Shown here one piece after another: positions 47,350 to 57,347 of a stretch of DNA of 64,000 nt. The notes beneath the pieces are model-generated. The model saw only the letters and a list, made by a program, of their open reading frames with translations, had not been told where the DNA came from and did no database searches. Where the stretch lies: assembly GCA_965248055.1 (NCBI GenBank), contig CBDFIJ010000004.1:3168001-3232000 (forward strand), read 5' to 3'. Origin of the DNA: Candidatus Multivoradales bacterium. Lineage in GTDB: Bacteria > Acidobacteriota > Thermoanaerobaculia > Multivoradales > JAHEKO01. Within the stretch, counting starts at the first letter, position 1. Every line of letters begins with the position of its first letter. The translations under genes and the position numbers were made by a program.

Positions 47350-48665
47350 CAGCCTGCTGAAAAACGGGCAACGGAGCTAATTTCAGTGGTCATAACGGTC
47401 GAAGTACTTTGAATGTGGAGACGAATCAAGGTGGCTGGCGAGTTGAGGGTGTTGGTGACCCCTTGGGTCAGCTCTTCGATTCGCCCTACCGGGTGATTCG
47501 AGCGATTTGAGGAGCACTTGGGATAGAAATTCGTCATGTTGGCGCGCTCAGATTGGCTATTCGGAGCAAGTTAAACGCTGTTGCCGCAAAAGTGAAAGAC
47601 CAACCGATGCGGGCTACGCCTCGAAACATCGGTCTGCGTTGCAGTCCGTACTGTTTGAGCCAGCCGAAGGGTGCCTCGACTCTCGGTCGTCTCGCCAAGC
47701 TGATCTCGTAACCTGCGTGGCGAGTGGTGCGTCGGTCAATCCGGCTGCGGCGATTCTTGGTGCTTTGCGCTACGTGAGGTGTCGCATTCAGCTTCCTCGC
47801 ATTCTCTACAAACGCTCGGTTGTCATAGCCCTTGTCAGCACCCACCGTGACGCGATGATTGCTAGCCCGCTGCTCCAGCATGGCCAGAGCCGCTGTTGTC
47901 TCACCGTTGCCGGTGACGATGTTGACCTCGGTGTTGACAATCATCCCGTGCCGGTTCTCGACCAGAATGTTGCCCCGGTAACTTAGTTTTGCTTCCTTAC
48001 CACGGCCTTTTCGCGACAGCCGAGACTCGGGGTCGGTCGTCGAAGCGTGCGTTTGGTTCAACCGCTTCTGGCCTCGGAAGTCCGCTCCACCGTCCAGAGG
48101 TTTAACCTCTTCGTCCTTTGGCCGAAAGCTCTTGTGCGAAGCCCAAGCCTCGATCAGTGTGCCATCAACGCTGAAGTGATCCGGTGACAGCAGATCACGG
48201 TCCTCGGCTTGAGACAGCACCGCTGCAAACAGTTCTTCCGCGATCGAACCTTCGAGCAAGCGCTCTCGGTTCTTGCAAAACGTCGTCGCGTCCCACACCC
48301 GCTCGTCGATACCAAGACCGACAAACCAGCGAAATAGAAGGTTGTACTCAAGTTGCTCCATCAGCTGGCGTTCACTACGCACGCTGAAGAGCACTTGAAG
48401 CAGCAATGCGCGGAGCAGACGCTCGGGGGGAATCGAAGGACGACCACTCGAAGCGTAGATCGTCTCAAAACGCTCCGATAGCTCTCCAAGAGCTTCGTCC
48501 ATCAAACTTCGGATCCGCCGCAACGGATGAGACCGAGGAATTCGCCGTTCCAGGTCAACGTAGCTGAACATTGATCCCTGACCTTGATCCGATCCACGCA
48601 TCAAAACCTCCTATTCCCAATTATAGAATCGTTATGGTCAGGTGGTGGGGTTTTTCAGCAAGCTC
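47350..48665 (-). mobile_element. IS5-family element
   Basis: IRs CAGCCTGCTGAAAAAC / (rc) GAGCTTGCTGAAAAAC; CTAG direct repeat. Confidence 0.9.
47534..48604 (-). CDS. IS5-family transposase
   Basis: GRPSIPPERLL, SVDGTLI, GADKGYD, R-x2-VE-x2-FG. Confidence 0.92.
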   Translation of the reverse strand: MMRGSDQGQGSMFSYVDLERRIPRSHPLRRIRSLMDEALGELSERFETIYASSGRPSIPPERLLRALLLQVLFSVRSERQLMEQLEYNLLFRWFVGLGIDERVWDATTFCKNRERLLEGSIAEELFAAVLSQAEDRDLLSPDHFSVDGTLIEAWASHKSFRPKDEEVKPLDGGADFRGQKRLNQTHASTTDPESRLSRKGRGKEAKLSYRGNILVENRHGMIVNTEVNIVTGNGETTAALAMLEQRASNHRVTVGADKGYDNRAFVENARKLNATPHVAQSTKNRRSRIDRRTTRHAGYEISLARRPRVEAPFGWLKQYGLQRRPMFRGVARIGWSFTFAATAFNLLRIANLSAPT

Positions 48666-48745
48666 CTAGAGTTCTTATTGGCGGCTGCTCCAGCCACTCT
48701 CGCCGCGGAACCTGTCAACAACTTTGAGACAGTTGGCAGAATTAA

Positions 48746-49759
48746 TTAGTGAATCGGGACAACCTCCTTGGTGCGCTGATGTTTGGGTGGGTTGATCCAG
48801 ACGGCCCTCGGTAATAGCTGAACGGTCGGTCTTCCACGGACAAATCGCTGTGGGTTGTTTCGCCAAGCTTGGTCAAGGGCCAGTTGACGGATCTTGAGCT
48901 TGTGGTCGGCCTTGCCGCAGTGGACATCTTCGGGTGTCAGCATGGCGATGCCGGCGTGCCGGTGCTGGGTGTTGTACCAGCGGAAAAACGAGCGGCAGAA
49001 GGCGATCGCGTCCTCGATTGAGCCGAACCGATCCGGAAAGCTCGGGTGATACTTGAGGGTCTTGAATTGTGCTTCGGAGAAGGGGTTATCGTTGGAGATG
49101 CGAGGCCGCGAGAACGACTGAGAGATACCAAGCCGTACGAGGAGTCGTCCGGTGTCCTTGGCGGTCATCGGCGAGCCCCGATCACTGTGTAGGGTTAGCT
49201 GATTCTTGGGAATGCCTTGCTTGGTTGAGGTCTCCTCGAGAAGCCTTTGGGCTAAGGCCTCGCGTTCGTGCTCGGCGAGCATCCAGCCGACCACATAGCG
49301 GCTGAAGATATCGAGGACAACGTAGAGATAGAACCACCATCCCGGCTGAGGACCTCGCAGCCGGGTGATATCCCAGCTCCAGACTTGGTTTGCCGCTGTG
49401 GCGAGTAGCTCTGGCTTGGTATAGACCGGATGGCGGCGTTGGCGCCGTCTCTCCTGCAGCGTCTTCTCAGCTGCCAGGAGTCGGTACATGGTGCGCTCCG
49501 AGCACAGATAGCGTTCTTCGTCGAGAAGGGTGGCCACCACGGCCGCCGGTGCAGCGTCGACAAAGCGCGGCCCGTTGAGTAGGTCAAGGACCTGTTGTTT
49601 TTCGCTGACTGTCAGTGCCCGAGCTGGAGTCGGTCGAGGCTGCTGAGGCTCGGTTGATCTCGGCCGAAGCCGACGATAGAACGTTGCACGACTGACGCTC
49701 AGGCTCCGGCAGGCCGGTGCGATACCGACCCACGGAGCCAGCGTCCTGGCCGCTTTCAC
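48746..49759 (-). CDS. IS3-family transposase OrfB
   Basis: WSWDIT, HSDRGS, DNPFSEAQFKTLKY. Confidence 0.92.
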   Translation of the reverse strand: MKAARTLAPWVGIAPACRSLSVSRATFYRRLRPRSTEPQQPRPTPARALTVSEKQQVLDLLNGPRFVDAAPAAVVATLLDEERYLCSERTMYRLLAAEKTLQERRRQRRHPVYTKPELLATAANQVWSWDITRLRGPQPGWWFYLYVVLDIFSRYVVGWMLAEHEREALAQRLLEETSTKQGIPKNQLTLHSDRGSPMTAKDTGRLLVRLGISQSFSRPRISNDNPFSEAQFKTLKYHPSFPDRFGSIEDAIAFCRSFFRWYNTQHRHAGIAMLTPEDVHCGKADHKLKIRQLALDQAWRNNPQRFVRGRPTVQLLPRAVWINPPKHQRTKEVVPIH

Positions 49760-50254
49760 GAGTTCTTCTCGCCCTCTGAGGGGATACCCAGCAGCCCGGC
49801 TACTTTTCTTTGCACATCGATGATCAGCTGTGCCTTGTGCAATTCGTTCTCAAGCCGAGTCTTCTCCCGCTCTAGTCGAGCAACCTTGCTTTCCAACGGG
49901 TGCCTTTTGGGTTTGCGTCCACGGCTTTTGCCGAGCGCGGCAAGCGATCCCCGTCGCCGAGCTAGGCGCCAGTTAGATAGATGAGATGAGTAGAGACCCT
50001 CCCGGCGCAACAGGGACCCGACCTCCTCTCGGCTGGAGCAAGCGTCGGCCTGCTCCAAGATCGCCAGCTTGTACTTTGCCGTAAACCGCCGTCTGGCGGG
50101 TCGAGCCTCGATCTCAGGGTCGAGCCTCGATCTCAGGGTCGGGTACCGATTCGGGGGTCGAGGGCAACTGCGCCGTCTCCCCTCCGGATCCCTCGTCGCT
50201 ACGCTCCTCGGTCGCCTTCGGCGAGACGGGCAATATGGGCTGATTCTGAAACAT
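49756..50254 (-). pseudogene. IS3-family OrfA frameshifted by a 19-bp duplication
   Basis: ATG at 50254 reads to PDPEIEARP then TGA; removing one copy of GGGTCGAGCCTCGATCTCA restores RPARRRFTAKYKLAILEQADAC...LLRREGLYSSHL. Confidence 0.82.
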
Positions 50255-50465
50255 ACTGAAACCTTCTTCCGCCCTCTAATTATCAGGGGGCCAAGTGTCT
50301 CAGCTACGTTGGCAGATAGGGTGTGGGTGAGCTCTCTGAGGGACGAGATTGTATCGAGTGAGGCGAAGTTGTTCGAAACCTACGGACGTAAGCTCTTACT
50401 TTCTCAAGCTCGGAGAGTCGCTCGTGATTTTCCGCGACGTGTGGCGTACTCTGATTCGGGCACTA

Positions 50466-51615
50466 GTGCCCCGTCCGGTTAATTCACTTTCCATACTTTA
50501 TCTATTGTGATGTGATGAGTTCATGGCACAAGCAAAAAGGTTGGAGATTGGTCGAGCGGATGAGAGAGAGCTTCAAAGATGGCTGCGATCGAGTAACACG
50601 CGAAGAAGTTTGGCCGAGAGAGCAAAGATTCTTCTCTTGAGTCAAGAGGGGCTGAGCGCCGCCGCAGTGGGCGAGAAACTTGGTGTCGCAAGGCTGACCG
50701 TCTACAAGTGGCGTCGTCGCTTCCAGGAGGGTGGTTTGGAAGCGCTGTCGGACCGACCGCGACCGGGGCAACCGCGAAAACTGACGGCAGATATAACAGA
50801 AAAGATCTTGCGTCTGACCACACAGCACATTCCCAAGGAGTCGACCCACTGGAGTCTTCGGTTGATGGCCAAGTACGCCGGCGTGACCAAGTGGCAGGTC
50901 CAGCAGGTCTGGGCGGCTGCCGACCTTCGGCCTCATCGGCTTCGCAACTTCAAACTCAGCAACGATCCTCTGTTCGCCGAGAAAGTCATCGACGTCGTCG
51001 GCCTTTATCTACGGCCTCCAGACAACGCAGTCGTGCTGTCGGTTGACGAAAAGACACAGATCCAGGCTCTGGACCGCACCCAGCCCTTGTTGCCGCTTCG
51101 CCCCGGACAGATCGAGCGGCGTACCCATGACTACAAACGACATGGTACGACGAGTCTCTATGCTGCGTTCGATATCGCGACCGGCGAGGTTCTCGGCCGC
51201 GTCACACAGCGACACCGTGCTCGGGAGTTCATTCAGTTCCTTCGGCAAATCGATCGAACGGTCTCTGCAGAGCTGGACCTCCACTTAATCTTGGACAACA
51301 GCAGCACTCACAAGACCCCTGACGTGATGGATTTCCTTGCCAAGCGCCCGCGGATCCGGCTCCACTTCACTCCCACCAGCGCCTCCTGGCTCAACGCGGT
51401 TGAGAGCTGGTTCTCGCAGCTTGAGAGACGATCGATTCACCGTGGTGTCTTTACCTCGGTTGCCGAGCTACGGAACGAAATCAAGCGGTTTATCCAAGCC
51501 CATAACGCCGAGTCCGCAAAACCCTTCGTGTGGACCAAATCCGCAAACACCATTCTTGCAGCCGTGGACAGAGCTCGCGCTTCACAATGTGATGCTAACT
51601 AACCGGACATGGCAC
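50466..51615 (+). mobile_element. IS630-family element, copy 2 (1150 bp)
   Basis: Same ends and length as 29614-30763; inserted in CTAG. Confidence 0.93.
50523..51602 (+). CDS. IS630-family transposase
   Basis: Protein identical to 29671-30750. Confidence 0.95.
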   Translation: MAQAKRLEIGRADERELQRWLRSSNTRRSLAERAKILLLSQEGLSAAAVGEKLGVARLTVYKWRRRFQEGGLEALSDRPRPGQPRKLTADITEKILRLTTQHIPKESTHWSLRLMAKYAGVTKWQVQQVWAAADLRPHRLRNFKLSNDPLFAEKVIDVVGLYLRPPDNAVVLSVDEKTQIQALDRTQPLLPLRPGQIERRTHDYKRHGTTSLYAAFDIATGEVLGRVTQRHRAREFIQFLRQIDRTVSAELDLHLILDNSSTHKTPDVMDFLAKRPRIRLHFTPTSASWLNAVESWFSQLERRSIHRGVFTSVAELRNEIKRFIQAHNAESAKPFVWTKSANTILAAVDRARASQCDAN

Positions 51616-52352
51616 TAGCCAAGTGCCCCGAGATGAGATGGAGTTCCTGGAGAAGCTCCCGACTAGCAGGCACACGAGGATTGGTCCTTACGGAAGTGCG
51701 AGCCTCTCCCGCAAGTTTCGTGGAAACACTTACCCCAGGGTAGCGGTGTATCAACGCGAAGTTGGAAGCCGGGGTAGGGGTCACGCCAGCGTCGACCGCA
51801 CCGTGGAGGACGGGTTCCTTCAGGCGTTGATCGGTAAGGGATACACCGTTGTCGCGCGCAGTGACCTCGACGAGATCTTGTCCGAGCAGAGGATCCAAGC
51901 GTCGGACGTAACAGAGGCAGCCCTTGCGAGGGCCGGACGGGTACTTAACGTCGACGCGATCTTGCTTGTCGATGTTAGCTGGGCCGATGCAACGCGGTAT
52001 GGTTTGGAACTGTTCAATGGGGAAAGCAGTAGTTGGATGGCGGAAGCAAGCTTGAGCGCGAGACTGATAGGTGTGGAGCTGGCCGAACTTCTGTGGATTG
52101 GTTCTTGGCACGCGAGCGTGAGGACCCCCGGCCGAGATGGTGCGACAGCGGTTCTTCATGAGATCTCACGGGTTGCTGCTCGGAGCATCCCGGCTAGGTG
52201 AGCTAAAGCGCTTCCCAAAAATCGAGCCTGGTCAAGTTTTAAGGCAGTTCAGTCGATTCTGCCGCCACTTGGAGGGAACTAACTAGGGGCAGAGTGCAAC
52301 AACGGATGGTCTTCATCCGTTCATTTTCTAAGTGGTGAGCGGAAGCGTGTTT

Positions 52353-53327
52353 CTACTTCAAGTGATCCCAGCCGAGAGCCGGTAGCGCGACTCGATCTTG
52401 ATTCGTTCGGATCCAAACCTGGTTGCCAGGCACGACCTCACCGATCTCAACCGCTGCGAAGTCGGCCGGAGGCTGCGTTTCTTCTGGTAGGGCGAACAAC
52501 AGCACGTAGTCTTCGCCGCCGCCGAGCGCAGCTTCCCAGGGGTCGATCTCAAGGGCGCCAGATAACGGTTTGAGGTCGCGGTCAAGCGGCAGCGACGGAC
52601 GGTCGATCTCGGCGCCTACTTGTGATTGTTCGATCAGCCGATGCAGGTCGATTGCCAGCCCATCGGATAAATCGATGGCTGCGGCTCTCGGTTGACGCGC
52701 CAACCACTGACCTAGTTCTAACTGCGGCTGCGGGGATAGATGTCTTTGGATCGCTGCGTCGGCCGCTCGGTGGAGTTCGGCTTCGAGGCCGGTGAAAGCC
52801 GAGTTGCTGGCGAGTGCGAATCCGCCCTCCCTTTCGAGCAACTTGCGTCCGAGAAAGGATTGGCCCAAGGTTCCGCCAACCCATAGCTTGTCGCCCGCTT
52901 GGGCAAGGTTGCGTTTCGGGGATTGACTTCCGGCGGCGAGGGTTCCCAGCAGAACCAAAGAAAACACTGGGTTCGGGGCTGAGCTGGTGTCACCACCGCA
53001 CAACACGGTGTTGTGCTCGGTACAGGCTTGGAGCAGCGACTCCATGAACTCGGTCACCGGGTAGTCGGTGGGTACGGCTAGGTTGAGAAAGGCGAACCGG
53101 GGAATGGCTCCTCCTGCGGCGATGTCTGAGAGGTTGACCCGCAGCAGCCGGTCGGCGATCACCCGGGCCGGGGTGTCTTGCGGAACGTGCACTCCAGGGA
53201 TCTGATGGTCGCCGGTGATCAGCCAATTCCCGTCAGCCGCAGGGTTGGCAGAGAGGACAGCGACGTCATCGCCGATTGCCGGAAGTTGTTTCTGCAACCA
53301 AGAGACTAGGTCGCGTTCGCCATTCAT
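52353..53327 (-). CDS. thiL: Thiamine-monophosphate kinase
   Basis: IGDDVA, NLSDIAA, GGDT, DLSDGL, GGEDY. Confidence 0.93.
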   Translation of the reverse strand: MNGERDLVSWLQKQLPAIGDDVAVLSANPAADGNWLITGDHQIPGVHVPQDTPARVIADRLLRVNLSDIAAGGAIPRFAFLNLAVPTDYPVTEFMESLLQACTEHNTVLCGGDTSSAPNPVFSLVLLGTLAAGSQSPKRNLAQAGDKLWVGGTLGQSFLGRKLLEREGGFALASNSAFTGLEAELHRAADAAIQRHLSPQPQLELGQWLARQPRAAAIDLSDGLAIDLHRLIEQSQVGAEIDRPSLPLDRDLKPLSGALEIDPWEAALGGGEDYVLLFALPEETQPPADFAAVEIGEVVPGNQVWIRTNQDRVALPALGWDHLK

Positions 53328-53356
53328 CGGGGTTCTTAATTACCTAAACGTTTCGA

Positions 53357-55699
53357 TTACTTGGCCTTCAGAGCCTGAGCCAAGACCTGATCCATGGTTT
53401 CCGCGTAGTGGATGTCGAGTGCGGAGAGCCACTCTTCTTCGAGTGCTTCGACGTCGGTTTGATTGCGCATCGGCAGCATCAGTCGGCTAATACCGGCGGC
53501 ATGGGCGGCCAGCAACTTTTCGCGGATACCGCCCACCGGTAGAACTTCTCCTCGCAGCGTCAACTCACCGGTCATGGCGATTCGATGGTCTACCGGCCGA
53601 CCCAGCGCCAGCGACGCGATCGCAGTGGCGATGGTGACTCCAGCCGAGGGGCCGTCCTTGGGCACCGCGCCAGCCGGGACGTGGACATGAATGTCGTGTT
53701 GGGCGAAGAAGTCGACTGCTGCTGAGCTCTGGTCTCGAGTGCGGATATGGGTCAACGCGGCTTGAGCCGATTCGCGCATTACCTCGCCGAGACTGCCGGT
53801 GAGTTGCAGTTTCCCGCTTCCTCGCACCGCCGCGGTCTCGATGATCAATAGGTCGCCACCGGAAGGAGTCCAAGCGAGCCCGGTGGCGACACCGATGCGT
53901 GGTCGGTCGAGAATATCTTCACTGGTGTGACGTGGCGGACCGAGGAACACCGATACTTTGCCTTTGCCGATCGACGAGCTAGGACGATCCCCGCGAACCC
54001 AAGCGAGGGCTATTTTCCGGTAGATCTTGGCCAGCGCTCGCTCCAGATCTCGAACCCCGGCTTCTCGGGTGTATTCCTTGATGATGGTTCGCAGGGCGGC
54101 GTCCGAAATGCGCGCTTGACCTTTCTTGAGGCCAGCGGCGGTGATTTGGCGTGGCATCAAGTGGCGACGGGCGATGGTCTGTTTTTCGATCGGTGAGTAA
54201 CCGCTCAATGGCAATACTTCGAGACGATCGCGCAACGCTGCCGGAATGGTTTCCATCTGGTTTGCCGTTGCTAGGAACAAGACCTTGCTCAGGTCGACTC
54301 CGACGCCCAGGAAGTGATCTCGAAAGTGGTGATTCTGCTCCGGGTCAAGAACTTCCAGCAACGCTGCTGTGGGGTCGCCGCGGAAGTCCGACCCGAGTTT
54401 GTCGATCTCATCCAGCATCAAGACCGGGTTGTCGGCCTCGGCCTGGATCAGACCCTGGACGATACGCCCGGGCATCGCCCCAACGTAGGTGCGGCGGTGT
54501 CCTCGAATCTCTGCTTCATCGTGGACTCCACCCAAGGCTGTCTGGACGAAACCCCTACCCGTAGCCTCGGCCACCGATCTCCCCAGGGATGTCTTGCCGA
54601 CGCCGGGTGGCCCCAGAAGACAAAGGATGGGCCCTTTGGCGTTTGGGTTGAGGCGCCGCACCGCGAGAAACTCCAACAGCCTCAGTTTGGCGTCGAACAG
54701 GCCATAGTGATGTTGGTCCAGCACTGTCTCGGCTTGTTCCAGGTCGAGGGTTTCATCCGCCGACAGTCCCCATGGGACCGAGGCCAAGGCATCCAGATGG
54801 TTGCGCAGCAGGCTGGTTTCGATGCTCTCGGGGTGGGCTCTCTCCAACCGCTGCAATTGGCGTTCGAATTCCTCTTGTGCTTCGTTGCTCGGGTGGCGAG
54901 CCGCCATGCGTTCTCGGTATCCGGCAATTTCTTCACCAATCCAGTCGCCATCCGAGAGTTCCGCTTGGATGGCGCGCAATTGGCGACGCAGAAAGCTTTC
55001 GCGATGGCTGCGATCGAATTCGCTGCGAGTCCGGTTGTGGATTTCCAGCTCGGCGGCTGCAAGCTCTGCCTCCGAACCAACCAGACGACTGACCAACTGC
55101 AGCTTGTCCAGGGGCTCGGCGGTTTCTAGAACTTGTTGCGCGGTTGTTACCTCGAGGCCCAGATTTCCGGCGACTAGGTGCGCCAGACGTTCCGGGTCGT
55201 CGAGTCCGTTGGCCAAGTCCAAGACATCTTCGGGAATTGGCCGTCCCAGGTTGACCAATTGCTGCAGGTTGGCGCGCAGGGTTCCGCATAGCGCGCGCAC
55301 CGACACCGAGCGGGGCAGATCACGGTGCTGCGGTAGGTCTTCAACTTTGGCTTTGAGCCCCACTTGGCTGCCAACCCAACTCAAGATACGTGCCGTTCTA
55401 AGCCCTTGCACCAGGATCTGTGTCTCGCCCTCCGGGAGCTTCAGCAGCCTGATGATCGAGCCGACGGTTCCAAAAAGAAAGGGTTGATCCGGCTCGGCCG
55501 GATCATGGGCTACCACCATCAAAGTGCGACCGCTGGCGAGCGCAAGTTCAACTGACTCCTTCTGTTGCGCCTGATGCAGATCCACAGAAACGATGGTTCC
55601 GGGGAACAACACCCGGTCCAGGGTGGCGAGCACCGGGAGAATCTGACGCTGGGGTTCCGGGTTATCGAGTGCGGTCACGGGGCAATTGTAACCGGGCAA
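53357..55699 (-). CDS. lon: ATP-dependent Lon protease (paralog 2)
   Basis: [37 protein letters not shown]; start may be GTG at 55678. Confidence 0.95.
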   Translation of the reverse strand: MPGYNCPVTALDNPEPQRQILPVLATLDRVLFPGTIVSVDLHQAQQKESVELALASGRTLMVVAHDPAEPDQPFLFGTVGSIIRLLKLPEGETQILVQGLRTARILSWVGSQVGLKAKVEDLPQHRDLPRSVSVRALCGTLRANLQQLVNLGRPIPEDVLDLANGLDDPERLAHLVAGNLGLEVTTAQQVLETAEPLDKLQLVSRLVGSEAELAAAELEIHNRTRSEFDRSHRESFLRRQLRAIQAELSDGDWIGEEIAGYRERMAARHPSNEAQEEFERQLQRLERAHPESIETSLLRNHLDALASVPWGLSADETLDLEQAETVLDQHHYGLFDAKLRLLEFLAVRRLNPNAKGPILCLLGPPGVGKTSLGRSVAEATGRGFVQTALGGVHDEAEIRGHRRTYVGAMPGRIVQGLIQAEADNPVLMLDEIDKLGSDFRGDPTAALLEVLDPEQNHHFRDHFLGVGVDLSKVLFLATANQMETIPAALRDRLEVLPLSGYSPIEKQTIARRHLMPRQITAAGLKKGQARISDAALRTIIKEYTREAGVRDLERALAKIYRKIALAWVRGDRPSSSIGKGKVSVFLGPPRHTSEDILDRPRIGVATGLAWTPSGGDLLIIETAAVRGSGKLQLTGSLGEVMRESAQAALTHIRTRDQSSAAVDFFAQHDIHVHVPAGAVPKDGPSAGVTIATAIASLALGRPVDHRIAMTGELTLRGEVLPVGGIREKLLAAHAAGISRLMLPMRNQTDVEALEEEWLSALDIHYAETMDQVLAQALKAK

Positions 55700-55811
55700 T
55701 CGTCACCGGCCCATTCCACGCTAGCTTGCCCCAAATGGGCCGATCGCACATAGGTTCGGCCTGGACCGTCTTATCCGCGCTTGGCCGTCGCTGTGGGTCA
55801 GAGAGTCTGCC

Positions 55812-56279
55812 CTAACCGTGCGCGGGGCCGGTTTCCTCTGAATCGAGTTCTTCCAGCTCACTGCGAAATTCGTCGATATCTTCAAAACGACGATAGACCG
55901 AAGCGAATCGTACGTAGGCGACTTGGTCTAGTTGCTTGAGCAAACGCATCACGTGCGCTCCGATCTCGGTGGTGGGGGTCTCGGTTCCGACGCCGAATTC
56001 ATTTTCCACTTGATCGACGATCGCTTCCAACTGATCTCCCGAGATCGGTCGTTTCTGGCAGGCGATCTGTAGGCCGCCCAGGAGCTTTCGCCGATCGTAG
56101 GGTTCGCGTGTCTCGTCGCGCTTGATCACCAACTGGGGTACATCATCAACCGCTTCGTAGGTGGTGTAACGCTTCAGACAACTGAGGCACTCGCGGCGGC
56201 GGCGAATCGCTGAGCCACTACGCGCGTCGCGCGAATCGACCACGCGATCCTGGGTTTCACCGCAGAACGGACACTTCAT
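55812..56279 (-). CDS. nrdR: Transcriptional repressor NrdR
   Basis: MKCPFC, IRRRREC, AYVRFASVY. Confidence 0.97.
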   Translation of the reverse strand: MKCPFCGETQDRVVDSRDARSGSAIRRRRECLSCLKRYTTYEAVDDVPQLVIKRDETREPYDRRKLLGGLQIACQKRPISGDQLEAIVDQVENEFGVGTETPTTEIGAHVMRLLKQLDQVAYVRFASVYRRFEDIDEFRSELEELDSEETGPAHG

Positions 56280-56311
56280 GACCGGGCCAGCCTAGATAAT
56301 TTTGGGGACGT

Positions 56312-57160
56312 TTAGTCTTCGGTGCTCAAATCGAGGTCGAAGTGAATACCTTCGAGTTGACCGATGCGATCCAATTCCATGCGAAACGACTTGGAATCGA
56401 TGACCCGATTTTCATCGTCGCCGATCTCCAGGCGCACGGTAAAGCGACGGGCGCGGTCGAACTTGCCTCGACCAACCATCATTGCCAGCGAGCGACTAAG
56501 CTCACGGTGACCGTTGACCGCAATGCGATCAACCTTGGGGGCCGGCGGCTTCGGTTTTGGCGCCCCTGGTCTTTCTACTTCGGTGGCCAATTTCATCAAC
56601 GTCAGGCGTGAGATTTCCTTCAGGGTCTCGAACACGCCGTCGCCGCGCAATGCGCTGGCCTCGACCCAAGCCCGGCTCTCGGGGTTTAGGTCACGGTTCA
56701 ATTCTTCGGTGGTCAGCAGGCCAGAGAGATCTCGCTTGTTGTATTGGTAGATCAGGGGGATGTCATCAAGGTCACGACCGGCTTTGGTCAAGTTGACGCG
56801 CAAGTTGGCCAGCGATTCGGTATTGGAGGCGCGCATCGGTCGTTGGGAATCGGCGACAAACACCATCCCATCAGCGCCTTTGAGCACCAACTCTCGAGTC
56901 TTGTTGTAAAACACCTGTCCAGGAACGGTATACAACTGAATCCGAGCGGTGAACCCTGCCACCTTGCCGACTTCTACTGGTAGTAGGTCAAAAAATAGGG
57001 TTCGGTCGCTATGGGTTTCCAACGACACCATTTCACCACGCGATTCATCGGTGGTTTGGTTGAAGATGTGCTTTAGGTTGGTGGTCTTGCCGCCAAGACC
57101 GGGACCGTAGTAGACAATCTTCGCCGTCAATTGCTTGGTGGTGTAGTTAAAAAATGCCAT
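56312..57160 (-). CDS. MglA-family small GTPase with C-terminal extension
   Basis: KIVYYGPGLGGKTTN, RTLFFD, TVPGQ, NKRD. Confidence 0.9.
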   Translation of the reverse strand: MAFFNYTTKQLTAKIVYYGPGLGGKTTNLKHIFNQTTDESRGEMVSLETHSDRTLFFDLLPVEVGKVAGFTARIQLYTVPGQVFYNKTRELVLKGADGMVFVADSQRPMRASNTESLANLRVNLTKAGRDLDDIPLIYQYNKRDLSGLLTTEELNRDLNPESRAWVEASALRGDGVFETLKEISRLTLMKLATEVERPGAPKPKPPAPKVDRIAVNGHRELSRSLAMMVGRGKFDRARRFTVRLEIGDDENRVIDSKSFRMELDRIGQLEGIHFDLDLSTED

Positions 57161-57347
57161 GACGCTGGGTTCACAGAGCCGTTACGGTTGCCTACTGAAC
57201 CCCCAAGGTCGACAACCAGGGTCGATAATCCATTGGAGACCCTATGCGCCAATTGTCGGTCAGGTCAAGTGTTTGACCCCGTGATAGTTATCACTCGATG
57301 CTGTGACGATCTTGCGACCTAGACGAAGGAACCAGCTCGCGCAGGGT

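Larger units (their letters stand above)
48713..50314 (-). mobile_element. IS3-like element
   Basis: IRs TGTCAACAACTTTGAGACAGTTGG / (rc) TGCCAACGTAGCTGAGACACTTGG; orfA and orfB overlap. Confidence 0.88.
50315..52201 (+). pseudogene. CsgG/HfaB-like protein gene interrupted by IS630 (5' part further disrupted by IS3-like and IS5)
   Basis: Removing IS630 joins SDSGTS|QVPRDEMEF in frame; C-terminal VVARSDLDEILSEQ...GRVLNVDAIL is CsgG-like. Confidence 0.7.

Noticed and set aside
50069-50482. 137-aa ORF as an independent gene
   Set aside because: Chimera of antisense IS3 sequence, a pseudogene fragment and the IS630 end
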